From NCBI GenBank assembly GCA_976551045.1, contig CDPCPM010000281.1:14322001-14386000 (forward strand): a stretch of 64,000 nucleotides of DNA, written 5' to 3'. The notes beneath the pieces are model-generated. The model saw only the letters and a list, made by a program, of their open reading frames with translations, was not told the DNA's origin and did no database searches. This DNA comes from Glaucostegus cemiculus (taxonomy: Eukaryota). The position numbers and the translations under genes were made by a program. Of the stretch, positions 37,121-48,568 are shown in pieces (within the stretch, counting starts at the first letter, position 1; every line of letters begins with the position of its first letter).

Positions 37121-38085
37121 TAAGAGAGCTAGCCAATTCAACACACAATTGGCTTGAAGGTAGGAAGGAGAGGGTGATGGTGGAAGGTCGTTCTTCAGAC
37201 TGGAGACCTGCGGCTAGTAGTGTTCCCCAGGGGACAGTGCTAAGCCCATTGCCATTTGTCATCAATATCAATGATTTGGATGAGAAGGTACAAGGCGTGG
37301 TTAGTAAGTTTGTATATAACACTAAAACAGGTGGTGTCAGAGACAGTGAAGATGGTTATCAGAATTTACAGAGGGATCTTGATCAGTTGGGTAAGTGGGC
37401 CAAGGAATGGCAAATGGAGTTTAATGCAGATAGGTGCAAGGTGTTGCATTTTGGGAAGACAGATGAGGGTAGAACTTTCACAGTGAATGATAGGGCCCTG
37501 GGCAGTGGGTAGAACAGAGGGACCTTGGACTACAAGCACGTGGTTCCCTGAAAGTGGCATCGCAAGTAGACAGGGTGGTGAAGAAGGCATTTGGCATGCT
37601 GGCCTTTGTCAGTCAGGACATTGAGTATAGAAGCTGGGATGTTATGTTGCAGTTGCATGAAATGTTGGTGAGGCTGCACTAGGAATTTCATGTTTAATTT
37701 TGGTCACCCTTCTATAGGAAAGATGCTGGGACTTGGTAGACTGAGTTATGAAGAGAGGTTGGGCAGGTTGAGACTTTGGAGCAAGGGAGAATGAGGGGTG
37801 ATCACACAGAGATGTATAAAATCTTGAGGGGCATAGATAGGGTCAATGAGGGGCAACTTTTTCACCAGAGAGTGGTCAGTATGTGGAATGAGCTACCAGG
37901 GGAAGTGGTTGAGGCAGGTACATTAACAATATTTAAAAGACACTTGGATGGTACATGGATGGGAAATGTTGAGGGGGATATGGGACAAACATGGGCAAAT
38001 GGGACTAGCTTAGATGGGAATCTTGGTCGGCATGGAGCAGTTGGGCCAAAGGGCCTGTTTCCCTACTGTATGACTCTATGACTCC
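37121..38085 (+). mobile_element. Younger CR1 LINE (RT and 3' end, internally deleted) nested in the older CR1
   Basis: NWLEGRKERVMVEGRSSDWRP..SSVPQGTVLSP..FVININDLDE...LQRDLDQLGKWAKEWQMEFNADRCKVLHFG; (tatgactc)n tail at 38069-38085. Confidence 0.9.
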
Positions 38086-38264
38086 ATGGAAAGGTGATAG
38101 AGTTAGAAACCACCATCTCATTTCAACAGTGCTTGGAAGTGTACTTGAAGAGCCATGACTAGCAGGACTTTGGACATCATAATGGAAGCTGGGATTAAGC
38201 TGGGTTCTTTTCCAACCAGCACAAGCAAGATGAACTAAATGGATTTCTTCCATGTCACAGTCTC

Positions 38265-39330
38265 AGAATCAGAATCAGTTTTATTGTCACTTCCATATAC
38301 ACATTCAGCATGCATGGGAGCAAAATACCGTACTTCACAGATCAAGGTGCTGGTCACATTAAAAACAATGAGAGACAAAAAGACAGAAAGACATTAACGA
38401 CACTGGAACTGCATTAAAAAGAGACTCGAATAAAAACAGCTTAAAATGAACACACTGATGCAGCAGTCATTGGACACTTAAAGTGCTGGTGCATTTTTGT
38501 GTGCCCAGCATCCTTTGCTGTTGGAGGGAGGGATGGAGGGATGGGGAGCAGCATTTTGAGGGAGTTCATGGTTCTGATGGCTTGTGGGAAAAAGCTATTG
38601 CACAGTCTGGTGGATCTTGCACAGATGCACTGGAGCCTTCTTCCGGATGGCAAGAGTGCAAAGAGGTGGTGGGAGGGGTGAGAAGGGTCAGACATTATGT
38701 TTGTGGCCTTTCTGACACACCGGTCCATATATATGTCCGCAATAGAGGGTAGAGAGACAGCTATAGTCTTCTCTGCAGCTCTCACTATTCTCTGCAGGGA
38801 CTTCTGCCCAGTGGCTGAACAGCTCCCATACCAGATGGTGATGCAATGTGTCAGGATACTCTCAATGGTTCCTCTGTAAAACGTTTTCATAATGGATGGA
38901 GTGTTCACTTTCCTAAGTCTCCACAGGAAGTAGAGGTGTTTCTGGGCTTTCTTGACGAGGGCTATGGTATTGATGGCCTAGTTAGGTCATCTGTGATGTG
39001 CACCCCCAGGAACCTGGTGCTGCTGACTTGTTCCACCTCAGACCCGTTGATGGTCAGCGGGGCGTGCACACAGTGACCCTTCCTGAAGTCCACTACCACG
39101 TCCTTAGTCTTCTCCACATTCAAGGAGAGGTTGTTGTTGCTGCACCACATGGCCAGTTGCTTCACCTCCTCTCTGTAGTGTGTTTCATCGCTGTATGTGA
39201 TGAGACCCACCTCTGTCGTGTCATCAGCGAATTTAACAATGTGAATGGAACTGGATCTGGCCATGCAGTCGTGAGTCAGCAAGGTGAACAGCAGCAGCTG
39301 AGCACACAGCCCTCCTGAGGGGAGCCAGTC
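38265..39330 (-). mobile_element. Rex1/Babar LINE, RT C-terminal half plus 3' UTR, 5'-truncated
   Basis: LLFTLLTHDC..IVKFADDTT.VGLI...YREEVKQLAMWCSNNNLSLNVEKTK..VVDFRK (38962-39345) and FYRGTIESILTHCITIWYGSC...LPSGRR...SFFPQAIR (38441-38908); (gaatca)n tail. Confidence 0.92.
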
Positions 39331-39439
39331 TGTCTTTGATTCCACAATGCAGTTCTTGACTTTCTGACAGCTTGTGCCAAACTAACTTCTTCTGCATATT
39401 TACTGCAGTATCATTCATTTGTCAACCCTGTACTTGTGT

Positions 39440-39860
39440 GTCACCCCCTCCAGTAATGCATCAATCTAAAACTACATCCTTCTTTTTAAATCCTCCCATG
39501 GCCTCATTCCTTCCTATCTCTGTAATCTCCTCCAGCTCAATAAACCTTGCTTCACACTCCTTCAGATTTGACACTTTCCACGTGTTCAGTTTTAATCAAC
39601 CCATTGTTAGTAACCATGCTTTCAGCTGTCATGATTATAAACTTTGAAATTCTCTCTCTAAACCCCTCTGCTACCCTGCCTCTCAACCTCCCTTGAAGAA
39701 AATTCTTAAGGATGAGATTTTTGTCCGAGCTTTTGACCATCTCTCCTGGTATCTCCTTCTCTCGGTTGGTGTCTTTTGATAATCTTTGAGTGGAAAACCT
39801 CAGATAGTTCACTGCATTAAAGCAGCTACTGTATATAAATGCAACTTGCTATTGTTATAT
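39440..39860 (+). mobile_element. L2 LINE 3' end
   Basis: aaatcctcccatggcctc...tatctctgtaatctcctccagc...gctttcagctg...tatataaatgcaacttgctattgtt tail. Confidence 0.7.
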
Positions 39861-39969
39861 TGTTGATACAGTAAACTAATGCTCTGCCTGCTCAGGGATT
39901 TTAATAATTCCATAATCCGTGAAGTTCAACTATTTTTCTCAAACAAATCACTCAAGCACATCAGCTAGT

Positions 39970-40125
39970 GGTTGATCTGTCTGCTGTTTGTCGGAGCTTG
40001 TTTGTGCCAGTTTTGTTGGATTGTTTCCCTGAGATACAATGGTGATTACACTCAAAGAGTACTTCAGTGGAAGCGTTTTGAGATCTCCTACCATTGTAGA
40101 AGATGCTATCAAAATGGCAGTTCCA
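39970..40125 (+). mobile_element. Deu-domain SINE 3' fragment
   Basis: gctgtttgtcggagcttgtttgtgcc...acactcaaagagtacttca...aagcgttttgagat...agatgctat. Confidence 0.55.
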
Positions 40126-40659
40126 TCAGCACCGAAAGGCAAATAACATGTGCTTACTTGAGAAAGGATGTTTTCCATGCAAGGCAATGTGTGGATGCAT
40201 CTGTTGCTCAACCACCTTTCTTTTCAAGATCTCAGATTTGTTGCTTATATTTTATGTAAAAGGAAAATTTCATTCAGACCATATTTCTAGCAAGCTGAAA
40301 GGAACTGGACATGTTCACTCAACCTAAGCACATAATCAGCTACAATGCAGGGTTCATATTTTGACAGTAACACAAATGAATACTCTTCCCTCCATCCTCC
40401 TAAGTGACAAAAAGCTGTATCACATCATCGTAACTGATGGCCATAACAATAATAGTAACACATGCCCCAGGCACTTTCGTGGGAGTTTTATGCCATGTTG
40501 TGCATATTCATGTAGACAGCCTGGGCTGCTTTAATACACTTCATGCTATCATGCTTTATGACTGTTCCTTGACATTCCCCTCTTTGAAAATCCACACGTG
40601 CATTCACATGTAGCTCCACATGTACATTCACATATGCTACCATTCACACAAAAACATTC

Positions 40660-40890
40660 CCATACTCAGAATGAAAATTTTTAAAAAGATTGCAAATGCT
40701 GAAAATCTAATACAGCTTATTTCCACAGTCACCCTGGTTTTACTGTATCAGATACATTCCCCCTCTTCCCCACCAGCTCTGCAGCTTAGCAAGCTTCTTT
40801 CCATGTTCTGACGAAAAGTCTTCAACTTGTTTCTCTTCCCACAGATAAAGAATGACCTGTTGAGTATTTCCTGCATTTTCTGCTTTTATC
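40660..40890 (+). mobile_element. Penelope-derived short element
   Basis: gttctgacgaaaagtc...cccacagat...tgacctgttgagtatttcctgcattttctg. Confidence 0.5.
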
Positions 40891-40904
40891 CCATGTACAG
40901 CTTT

Positions 40905-41110
40905 CCTTGGTTAAGTGGTAACACTCTAAACGTGTAAGCACACAAGCAACAATTACAATTTATGAGGGACACTAACTACTGAGGACTACCACATGTCAGA
41001 CATGTTATCTCTTGAATGAAACATGGCACTGATATGCCCTCTTAAGTGGAGGTAGAAGATCTTGTGACATTTTTCAAGGGACAGCTATGTTTCTGGTGTT
41101 GATGAAGAAC
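40905..41110 (+). mobile_element. Deu-domain SINE 5' part, degraded
   Basis: ggttaagtggtaacactct head, tactgagg...ccctcttaagtggaggtagaagatc. Confidence 0.45.
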
Positions 41111-41619
41111 TGTGAGGGAAGTTAGCTGGCACCGTAGGTAAGATGCAGGCAGAAATGCTGAGATACAATGCCTTGCAACATAGTGGGATTTTTGATGCAA
41201 AACAGTACAAAGTCAACAGCAGCCTTGAAATCAGATTTACTAGCTGTTAAACTCTGTCAGGATCACCTCAGATTAGGCACTCCACATTAAAATTCTTTAA
41301 ACTGGTCCACATCTTTTCATTCCAGTAGAGAAGATTCAGCTATCATAAAACACCTTCCTCATAGCGGGGACAGACTTCACAACTGATACCTCGCTTTATG
41401 GACAACTCTGAAAGTAAATCAACTTCTAATCAGCAGAGAGCAACAATGAATACTGTCATGCCTTTATATACCTGTAAATATCCTAAGGTCCTTGGCTGGG
41501 AAGTGAAAGAAGCAAACAAAATTGAGTATTTTAATAATATGAGATTGATTTGTGTTGGAGAATGCATGTGTATGTATGTATATGTTTGTGTGTCTATTTA
41601 TGTCTGTGTATGTATGTGT

Positions 41620-41621
<2 letters not shown>

Positions 41622-41688
<67 letters not shown>
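41622..41688. repeat. (GT)n microsatellite, about 33 perfect units, with degenerate GT-rich flank from about 41565
   Basis: Seen directly. Confidence 0.98.
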
Positions 41689-41691
<3 letters not shown>

Positions 41692-42469
41692 GTCTGACTG
41701 TGAATGCCTGTCATTACTGGAATGCCTGTGTGTGGGAGATTGGATGATTGTGCCTCAAATTCTTTACCACACTCGCTGATTATCAGGAACACTGGGAACT
41801 GTCTTAAATATAATTTCCAACACTGGGTAACTTTCTTAGGTTTAACATTTTCACAAAAATGTTTGAGATTGCAGTCCACACCTCTAATAAACATAGAACA
41901 AAAAAAGAAAACAACCCCAAAACCACTTAAACCTTGGGCTGTGTATAGGTTTACACATAACTATTTACAGACTGATGTGGCTGTTTCTCTGCAATGAACC
42001 AAATTTTGAGATTTTAGGAAGAGACTGTTATATTGGAAATCTGGGGGAGAACCAGGTGAATCAAAATGGACCATGTCCAACAGTCCCTCATACCTGGCCC
42101 ACGTTCTGTCACTTCAATCCCTGAAGTTGCTGCCTGCTTTTTCCTAACACACACACACACAAGCACACACATTGTCTGCTCGCCATTAAATTAATGCCGT
42201 ATGAGTGACTGTGGAGCTGCTGTTAGCTGCTCTGACACCCCCTATACTACTGATTACAATTACAAGATATAATTTGCCACAACATTCCTGATTCAGCGTG
42301 TTCCAGGTTTCAGAAGACACTCTCAGTGGGGAGAAAAGATTGTGTGCTCAAGTGGTCAGCAGACTGACCCTCCCATTGTGTCTTCCCGCATGGCAAATTA
42401 GCTTTCTACAAAGGTATTATAAATACTTTCATTCAGCTTCAGTTTACCTTCATCAGCTTCCCACCTATC

Positions 42470-42590
42470 TGAAATGAAAATCAGAAACTGTAGATGCTGG
42501 AAATCTAAAATGAAAACCTGAAACATCAACTCTGATTCTCTTTCAACCGATGCTCTATAGTGTTTGCAGTATTTTCTGTTTTTACTTCTG
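42470..42590. mobile_element. Penelope-derived short fold-back element
   Basis: aaatcagaaactgtagatgctggaaatc...ttgcagtattttctgttttt with imperfect inverted ends. Confidence 0.5.
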
Positions 42591-44069
42591 CATGACACAT
42601 TTAAGAAGCACCCAGACAGGCTCTTGAATCACCAAGTGAAGGTGATGGACCCAACGCAAGTAAATGGGCTTAGTATAGATGGGTGCAAAGATTAGCATGG
42701 CTGTGATGGTCTGTGCTTTAGGACCCTATAACTCGATAACACAACTGCTTGGCCAATGCAAAGCAAGGACTGAATCTCGTGAAGCCACTCCCACAAGGCA
42801 GGATGTGTGGATCTAAACACGGCTGCAGGATCTGAACAGCTTGAACACAGCCGTAGAATTAAAAAGGATTTCAGTCGCTCAAACTACCTTTCAGGTGGGA
42901 ATTTAATCAATGGATAATTACAGCAAGCAGAACTCTGCCAACCAGAAATTCTTGAAGGTGTGTTATAAAGCTACAAACAAGTGATTAGAAACTCCCTAAG
43001 GTTCTCAGCTGACAAAAGAATGAGCCTAGAAACAGGCTTATTTTAAAGTAGGCAAAGTCCATCAATAAACTCAATCTGCTCACAGTAATTCCTCTATATA
43101 TTATTTTTCAATCCATACTATATGTCCAATTACAGCGCACTGAGGGATCTGTTAATATACATGAGGCATTCAGATGCAGACTACACTGAAAAATAAAATC
43201 TAGACTGTCGCTATAAAACAATTTCTATAAAAGAGAAAGAAATACCTGCTACATTTTTAAGCAAATCTGCTAAATTTCAGTTCCATCGTTAGATTGTTTG
43301 TGACGGGGAGGTGAGAAATTGAAATAATTTGTTTCCCGATGGCTGAAACCAATTGTGATCCCGATGGGTTTTCATCCCAGGAGTGTCCTTGTTGTCTTGT
43401 CAGAGGAGGAGCCACATTTATCACTTGGAAAAAAAACCAAATTTCTGGGATAAGGGAATGGAGAAAGGAGTCATGAGATGGTGCCAGGAGAGAGGACGCT
43501 GGAATTAAGGGAAGGATTTTTGAGCCTGGAAATGAAATTAATAGTGCTGGTGGTAGCTCATACACTGAGTGAGTGGAAATAGTGCATGGTTGGTCCTCCA
43601 CCAGAGGCAATAGCCAGCAATTTAGACAGTTCTAAAGTATATACTTTTAAATAAGTCTTTAGTTCAGAATGTTCCAGGGTGTTAAAGTTCAGATGCAATG
43701 GTTATTATTCTTGATTTTTGTTTGTTGTTTGATGTTTTGAATGGTTTTGAACACACTGCCAATGTTGAAATGCATCCTCATTTAGAGTACATCACATCTT
43801 TCATTGTGCCTTGATATGTGACACTGGTGTGGCAGCTGCTGGCAGTTCTGCAGCCCCTGCCAAGCCTCACATAGAAGGGTTGCACATGAAGTGCTGTCAA
43901 TGGTGTCACCACTGAGGCACCCATTGAATATCAGCATCTAAATGCTGGAGAAAGCACTCACTCTTAGTTGCAGCATGCTCTGTGGACTCTGGAAGGTGTT
44001 TGAGCAGCCTGCAGTGAGTTCTGAGATAACCCAATTAGATCTCCCATCGAACACACACACAAAATGCTA

Positions 44070-44295
44070 AGCTCAGCTTCTTGCATCACTCCTTTTCATT
44101 CCCCCCCTCCCCCAGTCACCTACCTTCCCCCTCTCACCTCAACTCACCTATCACCCGGCAGCCTATTTTCCTTCCTCCTTATTCTGGCTTCTGCCCCCTT
44201 CCTTTCCAGTCCTGATGAAACGTTGACTGTTTACTTCCCTCCATAGATGCTGCCTGACCTGCCGAGTTCCTCTGGCATTTTATGTGTTGTTCCAG
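44070..44295 (+). mobile_element. Penelope-like terminal fragment (hammerhead motif with stem II deleted)
   Basis: Collinear with 46545-46830: cacctaccttcccc...ttattctggcttctgccc...ccagtcctgatgaaacgttgactg...gatgctgcctgacctgccgagttcctc. Confidence 0.7.
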
Positions 44296-44534
44296 TCAGA
44301 TCTCTTGTATTAGCAGCTCATTCCTTTAAATATTGGGAAGAAGGGAATAGAGTAGCATTATGTGCTCTGAACTTCACCCGAACTGTTCCACAAAGGCACC
44401 AGGTTTAGGTTACACCTCTGAACTCCTAATTACATTGATACATGTGGAAATGGGCATCACCCAAATCAGAACCACATTAGATGAGAATCTGACACCAGAG
44501 AAACATCAGGAGAGCTAACGTGAATAGCATACAG

Positions 44535-44775
44535 AGATAGAACATAGAACACTACAGAACAGTACAGGCTCTTCGGCCCACAATGTTGTGCCGACATTTT
44601 ACCCTGCTCTAAGATCTATCTAACCCTTCCCTCCCACTTAGCCCCCTATTTTTCTATCATTCATGTGTCTATCTAAGAGCCTCTTAAATGTCCCTAATGT
44701 ATCTGCCCCCACAACCTCTGTAGATAGTGTGTTCCACGCACCCACCACTCTCTGTGTAAGAAACCTTCCCCTAAG
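44535..44775 (-). mobile_element. CR1 LINE 3' end, young
   Basis: (atagaac)n tail, ggctcttcggcccac hairpin arm, ttccacgcacccaccactctctgtgt (reverse of TQRVVGAWN). Confidence 0.85.
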
Positions 44776-45659
44776 ATGCCATGTCTAATTTCCAGATGGG
44801 CTTTATTTCACCTGGAGATGATTGCTAAGGTTATCCACTCCAGCTAAAATCAACAATTGCATGATTTTTACATGAAAAACAGGGCTTCCCATGCTGTGCT
44901 TGAATGCACTGTAAATACATTATAAAAAGGAAGATTGGAAGTGCAGCTGATAGGAAAACAGGGCCTTTCTCTGCTGACATCAGCATTCCGTTGTGTTCCA
45001 TCAAATAGTTTAGGGCAGAGATGTAATCTTGTCAAATACAGTATTATCATTTGAAATCAGAAGTTGCAGTATCTGGGTTATTCCAGGAATGTTGCAGACA
45101 TAATCCAAGAAAGGTAGATGTGCTCGTAATATCCAAGCTGTGGTTTCCACAAACCAGCTTTCAAAGGGTATCATAGATCGAGTGGCATTAAGGGATGATG
45201 GGGATGAAGCATAGCATTCAAGCTGCTAGGAGCTGGAATCCTTCCCTTGAAAATGCCATCTCAGTACTGACCCTTCGAACTTCTTTTTCCTAGACAGATG
45301 TCACTTGTTCTGAATTCATGCTTCTTGACATCATTCACAGTAATATAAAGAGGAGTTTGCACAATGCATAATCTGCAGTCAACAAAATTATTGCACTCAC
45401 ATCTAGTAGTGACTGTCGGCCTAATTCTTTCTACTATGCTGCTTCCTCTTTCCAGCAGCCAGTGTCCTTTGTGCAAACTTATGCTTTAGATAAGTAATTC
45501 CCCTAAGGCACACGATTTTCATTTCCTTAAAATGCATTTTGTTCATGGGATCACTGACAATGCTGGCATTTTATTGTCCATCCTCAATTAACCCTATTGG
45601 TGGGTTTGGCATCATATATGGGCCAGACTGGGTAAGGATGGCTGATTTCTGACTACTAC

Positions 45660-46520
45660 TCCAGTACATTAACCAGCACATATCCATAGGCTTTGTATGT
45701 TGCTACAGAGCATTTTATAGATAGTACAAGCTGCAGTGACGATACACAAGTAGTGGAGGGAATAACTGTGTAGTTGGTGCCAATCAAGCTGGCCGCATTG
45801 TGTTGGATAGTGTCAGTCTTACTGAGTGTTGATGGAGCAGCACTCACCCAGGCAAGCTTCATCATTGGTATTGGTTTATTATTGTCACTTGTACCGAGGT
45901 ACAGTGAAAAACGTGTCTTGCATACAGATTGTACAGGTCAATTCATTACACAATGCAGTTCCATTGAGTTAGTACAGAGTCAGTTGAAGTAGTACAGGTA
46001 AGAAACAATAACAGTACAGAGTAAAGTGTCACAGCTACAGAGAAAGTGCAGTGCAATAAGGTGCGAGGTCACAACAAGGTAGATAATGAGGTCATAGTCC
46101 ATCTCATTGCATAAGGGAACTGTTCAATAGTTTTATCACCATGAGGTAGAAGGTGTCCTTAAGTCTGGTGGTACGTGCCCTCAGGCTCCTGTATCTTCTA
46201 CCTGATGGAAGAGAATACACTCAATACCTGTGCTTTGCAAGTGGTGGTCAGACTTTGGAGGGGAGGGGTGGGTGGGGGGTGCTGTTGGGAGTTGGGAAGA
46301 GAGTCACTCACAGCAGAATATCTAGGCTTTGACCTGCTGTTGTAACCACATTGTTTATGTGGCTGGTCCTGAAGAGCTTCTGATTGCAGTGAGCTTAAGG
46401 TTTGAAGGTGAAGGACTTGGTATTGATGATGCTATTGAAAGTCAAGAGAAGACTGCTATGTTCTCTATCTGAGAAGGTTATTGCTGGGGCTCTTGTGTGG
46501 TTCAAACGTTACTTGCCCAA
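45660..46520 (-). mobile_element. Old CR1/L2-group LINE fragment split by a Rex1-like insertion
   Basis: Minus translation LAWVSAAPSTLSKTDTIQHNAASLIGT (45656-45865); homology resumes at about 46215; sibling at 50485-50760. Confidence 0.6.
45865..46212 (-). mobile_element. Rex1/Babar-like LINE 3' end
   Basis: Reverse complement of 35750-36090 (attggtattggtttattattgtcacttgtaccgagg...ctggtggtacgtgccctcaggctcctgtatct). Confidence 0.85.
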
Positions 46521-46544
46521 GTCCTAATGTGTTATTGGTCTTTT

Positions 46545-46830
46545 ATTGGATTTCTTCTTCTCTAGCCCTTTGTCCCTTCCACCTATTACCTCTTAGCTTC
46601 TGACATCACTCCCTTTGATCCCCCCTCCCCCAGACACCTACCTTCCCCCTTTCACCTGGACTCACCTGCCAGCTTGTGCTGCTCCCTCTCCCCCTACTCT
46701 TTTATTCTGGCTTCTGCCCTCTTCCTTTCCAGTCCTGATGAAGGGTCTCCACCTGAAACATTGACGTTTATTTCCCTCCACAGATGCTGGCTGACCTGCT
46801 GAGTTCCTCCAGCATTTTGTGTGTGTTGTT
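46545..46830 (+). mobile_element. Penelope-like terminal fragment carrying a minimal hammerhead motif
   Basis: Pyrimidine-rich body, then cagtc-CTGATGA-a-gggt-ctcc-acct-GAAA-catt-gac, then gatgctggctgacctgctgagttcctccagc. Confidence 0.75.
46730..46765 (+). ncRNA. Minimal type I hammerhead ribozyme-like motif (probably impaired)
   Basis: Core CUGAUGA (46735-41) and GAAA (46755-58), stem II GGGU/ACCU, stem I GUC/GAC; the stem III palindrome ACGU of sibling copies has decayed to ACAU. Confidence 0.55.
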
Positions 46831-47379
46831 AAGTCTTGTTTCATTAGCTATGATTCTAATGGCATGGTTAATGCTATGGAATGTTAAGGAAAGGTGGTGA
46901 ACTTTTCTTTGATTCAAGACGCTCATTACCTGACACCTGTGCTCATGGAATGCATTCCCTGTTTGTTGTAACATGTTTTAATGCAAAGTTTTGGTGCACA
47001 GATGATAACATTTGATGTCCTTGTGCAAACATAGTCATCTGTACACCAAAATTTCATGCAAAACATATAACAGATCATGACTTTCATCCTGCAACTGGTT
47101 GTTCCTGCTCTGTGTAACATGGTGATGGTATTGACAGAGGCACTTATTACTTACTGATTCTATGATGCAGAATCTAATAACTCTTACCTCCTCTGCAGTT
47201 GTCTCAAAAGAGTCAAAGAAGTTCTGTGCATACATAGTGTTCATTTATAGAGTCAAAGAGTTATACAGCAAGGAAACAAGCCCTTCAATCTCCTAGTCTG
47301 TGTTGACCATCAAGCATCCATTTCCCACTAATCCTACATTAATCCCATTTTTTCTCCTAACATAGATAAGCTAACATAA

Positions 47380-47672
47380 GATAGAATAAGATTTCTTTAT
47401 TAGTCACATGTACATCAAAACACAGTGAAATGTATCCTTTGTGTAGAGTCTTCTGGGGGCAGCCCACAAATGTTGCCACGTTTCTGGCGCCAACATAGCA
47501 TGCCCACAACCTCCTAACCCATACGTCTTTGGAATTTGGGAGGAAACTGGAGAACCTGGAGGAAACTCATGCAGACACAGGGAGAATGTACAACCTCCTT
47601 ACAGACTGACAGGAATTGAACCCGGGTTGCTGGCGCTGTATTAGTGTTACGCTGACCACTACACTACCGTGA
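47380..47672 (-). mobile_element. V-SINE (HE1-like)
   Basis: tacgtctttggaatttgggaggaaactggagaacctggaggaaactcatgcagacacagggagaatgtac...gaattgaacccggg; (ataag)n tail. Confidence 0.8.
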
Positions 47673-47674
47673 CA

Positions 47675-47910
47675 TCCCCATCAACTTCCCTCAGATTTTA
47701 CCACTCACCAACACACTTAGGCAATTTACACTAACCAATTAACCTACCAGCACATGCCTTTGGGACATGGAAGGAAAACAAAGCACCTGGGGGAAACACA
47801 CGCGGTCACAGGGAGAATGTGCAAACAGCACACAGAAAGCACCAGAGGTCAGAATTGAACCCAGGTCACTGGAATTGTGAGGCAGCTGCTCTTCTAGCTG
47901 CACCACTATG
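47675..47910 (-). mobile_element. V-SINE (older copy)
   Basis: ggtcacagggagaatgtgcaaac...gcaccagaggtcagaattgaacccaggtcactgg. Confidence 0.75.
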
Positions 47911-48568
47911 TCAACAAAACTCAGTACTCCAGATAAATCATCCTGTGGTTGATTATATCTCCAGCAGAAGATGATGTCATTCACTCACTGCCTCTCTATT
48001 TAGTCAGTCTCTGCAGCATAGGGTAGGGACTCTTATCTTCACTTTTGAAGCATCATCAGTCAGAGATGGTATTAAATAAAATTTGTGAAAAAGCTGCACA
48101 CTGTACATTTTGCAGGACAAATCTACCATGGCTACTTGGTTGCAGCCCTGTTTTATGCTTGAATGCTTCACCAATGCATTAAGCGTGAGTAAAATGAGGT
48201 CAATCTAGAGGCCCATGAAATATGGAGCACCAGGTTAAATTGGCTTTTCACAGGTGCTTAACAAACCGAGCAAGCATTTAACCTGCAATACATTACCTCT
48301 TGGGGCCACACTAAGAGAAGAATGCAATTTCTGGAGAGGTGTTCAGTCTGTCACAATCAATACTTGGTCCGAACATCTTAAATTCTTCAGGGATATCAAT
48401 GGTAAATGAATCAACTGGCAAAGAAAACCACATAATTTGAAATGAAGGAAGATAGGGGTTGAAGTTAGATGGCCCTGAAAAACACACTAAAACTTATGTT
48501 GTGAGATTTACACAGGTCCACCTGACCTGGGACAGGATGAACATTAAATTCAAGTTTCCACCTCATTA

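Noticed and set aside
41398-41894. Cys/Val-rich and His/Thr-rich ORFs
   Set aside because: Translations of the (GT)n microsatellite.
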